A DNA stretch of 63,947 nt, the filler included, from Choristocarpus tenellus KU-1152 (Eukaryota; Protista; Phaeophyceae): assembly GCA_964200185.2 (NCBI GenBank). It is 11 parts of 11 records of this genome, joined end to end, with 100 filler letters (N's around TTAATTAATTAA, not from the genome) between each part and the next. Parts side by side here need not be neighbours in the genome. Positions count along the whole stretch, not along the records: positions 58,142 to 61,205 come from CAXNAD020022573.1; positions 61,306 to 63,947 come from CAXNAD020026031.1; 9 more parts are not named here. The stretch is one strand, 5' to 3'. Both the position numbers and the translations under genes were made by a program. Positions 59,101-63,947 of this stretch are shown here, one piece after another (within the stretch, counting starts at the first letter, position 1; each line of letters begins with the position of its first letter). The notes below the pieces were generated by a model that was given only the letters and a program-made list of their open reading frames with translations, was not told the origin of the DNA and ran no database searches.

Positions 59101-60139
59101 CTTGAAGGGCGTGGCCGCAACCTCCAAGTCCAATCCTCGTGTGATTTTATTAACATTTTATTAACAGCCGCCATTGTTGTGTTGTTGTCTCTCACCCCAC
59201 CATCACCTTGCTGTTGATTGTTAGGACTATACCACAGTTTTTTGAATATGTCCCAGAATGGATCTCTCCTTTCCTCCATCTCCTCCACCGTTGCAACGGA
59301 GTCCGGTGGTCTACTTGTTGGGTCGTCTATGAGGGAAGGCGTGTTGCTCTGCCGGGGTTGAGGTTACCGTGCGCTGGTTGACAGCAATATGCAGTGACTC
59401 TGCTTGTGTATGATGTAGAAGAGCTGTAAGTTGGGTGGGCTGGGGTGATTGATTAATGTGGAAACACGCTGTGTGGCAATGGAGTGGGATGTGAGGAAGT
59501 AGAGTCCTAGCTTTTGCTTGTCGTTAATCTTGATCTTGATTATTAATCTTGATCATTAATCTTGATGATACTGAGGCGCTTGTCCTTGGGGGTAGCGATA
59601 CATGGGCCGGGCCGGGCGCCCCTCCTGGCGGGCGAGAGAGAGTCTTTGAAGCATTGGCAACGGCGGGGCTGCTTGATGTGTGATGTGTATGTCTTCTGCA
59701 TGGTCAGTTCATTTGTTGCTCTTTGCTTGTTGCTTACTTGTTTGGTTGTGACTGGAGGGAGCTGTAGAGGTCTGATGCGTCCGCAAGAGAGCAGATGGAT
59801 GCAGTTGGGTGTTACGTGGTTTACACCGGTGTCCCTCAGAGAGAGGCAGTGAGTCCGGACAAGGTCGTATTCAGGGGATGTAGTGTGCTTGGTCGCATTG
59901 TGTGGTCTTGTTGTGGATGCCCTTGCCCCTTCTATTCTCAGCCATGACATGAGGCAGGGCTGGCAATGACGGCATAGCATGCCAAACAAAGGTGAGGAAG
60001 GTACTGAAGATAGTGGATGGGAAGGCGTCCACACGGCGTGGGCGATAGATAGGGTACCACTGGTGACGACCTTAGCATGAAGGCGCTTGTCTTCTACAGG
60101 TCTCGATACCTACGCCTAGCGACCAGTGTGTTGTTTTGA
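58697..60139 (+). CDS. Hypothetical protein; putative exons 58697-58744, 59101-59138, 59225-59362, 60100-60139
   Basis: AG/GT-bounded segments join with matching phases (0, 2, 2): VLFLEILVKARGWKRK|LEGRGRNLQVQSS|TIPQFFEYVPEWISPFLHLLHRCNGVRWSTCWVVYEGRRVALPGLR|SRYLRLATSVLF*. Two donors are weak; no family recognised. Confidence 0.35.
59066..59098. repeat. (TG)n microsatellite
   Basis: Directly visible; ends in the TAG of a putative acceptor. Confidence 0.95.
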
Positions 60140-60872
60140 GCTTGACAAAATGGTTCGGGATCTGTTTTATTTTTTTATTTTGAGAGATGTGGATAATGCT
60201 TCATAGCGTTAGGGGTTGTCGTAGCAGTGCCAGTGTATTTTATTGTTATTGTAAAGTCTATTGCTTTTTGGTCTCACCTGCCCGTGTCTGCCCCCACGGG
60301 CAGGCAGAGCGGGTTGATGTGTGTCTCTCTTGCCCTTGTTAGGGTTTTGCTTGGGACCTACCTGATTGAGCATGTTACCAGTGCAGGCATTGATTGGGGT
60401 TGCAAGTCTTCCACTTGTGTGTTATGTTGTTACTCTGTCCTCGTATGGTGTTATTCTTGTGTGTTGCATGCATACAGTTGGTTATGTGCATGGTACATGT
60501 TTTGTTATTCTGGAGATGGTGAAGAAGTCCATTTGAATGCGTTATGAAGTGGGTGAGGGTTGAGGAGGTAGTGTTGCTTGCATAGAGGGGGGTTGATTTG
60601 GTTTTGTAGGTGGGACAAGAGGGGCAGAGGGATTGGCTGTTGTCAGATTGGCTGAGTGATTGATGGGTGTGGGTAGACGGCACAGTGGGGACTGAGGACT
60701 TGTTTGAGGACTTCTTAATTTGATACATTTGTCTGTCTATAGGATGAGTGCCCCCTACTTTATCATAGTATGTATCAAGAATTCATGGTACAATGTATTT
60801 GGCCAAATAACCTATCAAGTAAGCACATTTGTTGTTGGTTGTGCAGCAGGCCCTGTAGGATAACATGTATGT

Positions 60873-61148
60873 GTGATGCAATTAAGAAATGTGCTACTTC
60901 TTGATGGTTGTTGGGAGCCACATTGGTAGGTTCAGATCAACCACAATAATAATACATTCATACAGCTGTATGGGAAATGTAATTCAGCTGTCATGTGCAC
61001 AGCAGCAGTTGTCATGGTGACAATGGTGATCCAATTAAGAAATGTGCTACTTCTTGATGGTTGTTGGGAGCCACATTGGTAGGTTCAGATCAACCACAAT
61101 AATATTACTTTCATACAGCTGTATGGGAAATGTAGTTTAGCAATCATA
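60873..61148. repeat. Tandem duplication, period 153 bp, second unit truncated
   Basis: CAATTAAGAAATGTGCTACTTCTTGATGGTTGTTGGGAGCCACATTGGTAGGTTCAGATCAACCACAATAATA at 60879 and 61032. Confidence 0.95.
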
Positions 61149-61205
61149 TAACAGCCGATTTCAAAAATTGAGGATGGAGCTTTTCATTGAGGATGGGCTT
61201 GACCC
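61149..61205 (+). mobile_element. Dispersed repeat family F end, truncated by contig end
   Basis: TAACAGCCGATTTCAAAAATTGAGGATGGAGC...TTGAGGATGGGCTTGACCC. Confidence 0.75.
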
Positions 61206-61305
61206 NNNNNNNNNNNNNNNNNNNNNNNNNNNNNNNNNNNNNNNNNNNNTTAATTAATTAANNNNNNNNNNNNNNNNNNNNNNNNNNNNNNNNNNNNNNN
61301 NNNNN
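61206..61305. other. Artificial contig spacer
   Basis: N44-TTAATTAATTAA-N44. Confidence 0.98.
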
Positions 61306-61926
61306 CTGCGTTGGCTGAAGGGGTGTCCCAATACAGTTGGACCATGAGGAGTGTGGCAAGGGGGGGGGGGTAGGGGGCGAGGAGAGAGGATTACTTTCTA
61401 CCATGCCTGAGCATCAGGAGTTGTCTCCACATCAAACCAACTTGGGACCCTGCAACACCACTCTTCCTTTAGACACCAGCAAACCAAAATAGCACCTGTA
61501 ACCAAGAGAGATACAATGCCACTACAGCTATCCTACAGTGTACTCCTCAATCTTTTGGCGCCTGAGGCCTCCCCTACAACTTGGGAGGGATAATAAATCT
61601 AGATATCACGACAAGCATCAGACTCATGGAGTAGCTAACCCAAATTGTCAAGCCCAATGCAGCAAGGCAGGTCAAGCCCAATAGCCCCAAAGCCTGCCCT
61701 TTCCTCAACTGAAAGGTGTTTCCACAGACAGATGTTCTACATCCTGTTGGGACTAAAAATATTGCCTACAACTTCAGCAACTCTCTCCACCCCTCTCTCC
61801 ACATCAAGCCCTCTACTTCCACCAACACCTCTGCTCAATCACACCTCTCTTGCCCCGCCAGAATATACTATTCCCCTTGCAGGGGCATGGGTAGGAGAGA
61901 GGGGAATGGTGCAGTGGATGGGGATC

Positions 61927-63004
61927 TCAACGGCGACCATTTCCAGCAGAGCTAGTAGTAACAAGCCCAAGAGTTTCAACACCAATCTGACTTATCCCAC
62001 ATGTAACACAGATCCCCTTGGCATCGGCAGGGGAGTACACTGAGCCACAGTAGGGGCACTTGCAGGATGGGGAGCCCCTGTAGATGGGCTTAAGATTCAG
62101 GCAGTCCATCTCAAAGGGATTACGTTCATCGTAGTCCAGGGTGTGCTCATTGCGTGCCATCTGCTGTGATTTCTGCAGGATCTTCTGGGCCTGAAAGGCA
62201 AGTATTGTGTGAACAGGGAGTGGGTGTGCATGGAAAGAGGTGAACCAAGGACATCTTGTTGGAACAGGCTAGAGGTTCTTGACAGAAACCTGGCAGGCGA
62301 TGGCAACTACAGTGGGCTATGCATGGACCAGGGGCAAGGAAGGGGGACAGGGAATAGATGCATCTGTCTCATATTTCTTACACGGCGTAGAGATTGCCTT
62401 GCCAACAATGAGGAGTACAATAGAACTGGAAACAAATAGCCCGAGCACAAGAAACAAATGAAACAGGTACCTCAAGAAGAAATGATTCTTTCAGACAACA
62501 CAAAGCCCCTTCAACTGACCTATCAAGACCATGGTCCACATCAACAACAGACCGCAAAAACACGTTTTTATATTTATAAAAATCATCCACCCATCCATCC
62601 AAGGATGAAAGAGCACCTTTGGGACTCAAGTCCTGCTCAAAATACAGCATCATCACCACACTGGCAGAGTGTGGCCAGTTCCCACAACCACTCCACTCGT
62701 CACCTCTCACACAAATAATTATTACATCACACACGCACGCACACACCCAAATTGGAAAACCGCACCTTGACCCGGAGGTCAGCGTTGCGCTCGCTTGAAA
62801 GATCTGGCAGCTCAATCAGCCTCTGGGCAAAGCTAGCGGCGGTGATGTAGTTCTTGCATTTAAACGCAGAGGCCATGGCCATGCGCAGGGCAAGCAACAG
62901 ATGAGCTGGGAGCAGATTGCAGCGGGTGAAGTATGCAGCAAGTTCCATACTACGTACCTGTGAGCCACCAATGCACATGACCAATTCACATAACATAGGG
63001 TTAG

Positions 63005-63044
<40 letters not shown>

Positions 63045-63819
63045 CAAAGCGTAGGTGAGGTCTACTATGATATTTCACAATTCGTAAGTCAAGCAAGAGG
63101 TGATTGGTAGCGGTGTTGGAAATCCCAACATCAGAGATGCAACCCCCCTACTACAGGGTTATGCCAACAATACTGCAGACAGACAAAGGTTACTCAATCA
63201 ATGCAAACAATTTGATAAAAGTTATCACCGTAACGCCAGGGATCGAAGCCACTTGTTCCTTTCAATAGTGCTACAGGGCAGGCTCTTGGGCGATACAGGC
63301 ATGTGCTGAGTGAGTCTAAGGATGGCAGCAAGTCCATGCCCTTTCCATACACAACACTTACACTAATACCACACACAGATTGACACAACGGGCGAGACTG
63401 GCTAACGGCCATGTGCACGCAGCAAAAGACACTTAGGAGGAAGAGGCTCAGTTTCAAATCCACGCAGCCTTTTCAAAATGTCAGCGACTATTACAGACTA
63501 CGCTCTTGTCAGCACTAAAAATAATAATATTTCAAGAGTCAGACCTCTCGGTACATCACGCTACAAACCCACTAAACCTGAACACACACCAATACCTCGA
63601 CCAACTTGTCTCCAAGAGAACCGAACTACCCCTCCTTCTATTCCACAACCCCCTCTTCTCATCACAACAACAGCATATGCCTTCCAACAACTAACACTGC
63701 AGGTGTGCACTAGCATAAAAGAAACAACCCCCCCCCCCCACCCTTACCGGGTCCTTTGTTTCTGCTATAGCTGACTTGATGCGAATGGCGGTGATGTACT
63801 CACGACAAATCTCAACCAT
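61927..63819 (-). CDS. COPA: Coatomer subunit alpha (alpha-COP), last three exons 63819-63748, 62957-62766, 62190-61927
   Basis: Phase-0 exons splice to [15 protein letters not shown]...DP|[48 protein letters not shown]...|AQKILQKS...[13 protein letters not shown]....PIYRGSP..KCPYCG...[16 protein letters not shown], the COPI_C domain. Confidence 0.96.
63008..63041. repeat. (AG)n microsatellite in COPA intron
   Basis: Directly visible. Confidence 0.95.
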
Positions 63820-63947
63820 CTAAAAAAAAAAAGAGAGCACGATTGGACGAAGAGAACAGGGGTTTTTGTGCAGAAGGAAGGAAGGCATTAGCAAGCACAC
63901 CAACACATTCAACCAAACAAGAACAACAGATCACACATCTCACCCCC

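Noticed and set aside
3606-61305. Ten identical TTAATTAATTAA motifs in N runs as a biological repeat, and any gene-cluster reading of dynein, clpR, GT61, ATPase and COPA
   Set aside because: The exact N44-12mer-N44 structure with six-frame stops is a concatenation linker; adjacent contigs need not be linked.

Overview
Eukaryotic genomic DNA, most likely a brown alga or close ochrophyte relative. This is inferred from intron-dense GT-AG genes, an axonemal dynein, a ClpR with signal peptide plus Phe-type plastid presequence, TTAGGG repeats and a CRE-like retrotransposon of the kind abundant in brown algae. The window is not contiguous: it is 11 contigs joined by ten artificial 100-bp spacers (44 N + TTAATTAATTAA + 44 N), so gene neighbourhood across spacers means nothing. 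Recognisable partial genes: RGS-domain protein 3' end (3 exons, -); DNAH6-like inner-arm dynein heavy chain (19 phase-consistent exons, +); plastid-targeted non-catalytic ClpR (3 exons, -); GT61-type glycosyltransferase 3' end (+); P2C Na/K- or H/K-type ATPase (6-7 exons, -); alpha-COP 3' end (3 exons, -); three hypothetical spliced genes. The rest is repeat-rich. It holds a clan of at least four MITE families sharing GAG(C/T)CAAAGTATCT-like ends with mostly 3-bp TNT/ANA target duplications, many fragments of a CRE-like non-LTR retrotransposon with a 3' stem-loop and TAA tail that pile up in one orientation, decayed L1/Tx1-like LINEs, a hAT transposase relic, tandem duplications, microsatellites and interstitial TTAGGG tracts. 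I found no CRISPR array, tRNA or rRNA. The best novelty candidates are the MITE clan, the clustered CRE-like 3' ends and the P2C pump with altered ion-binding residues.
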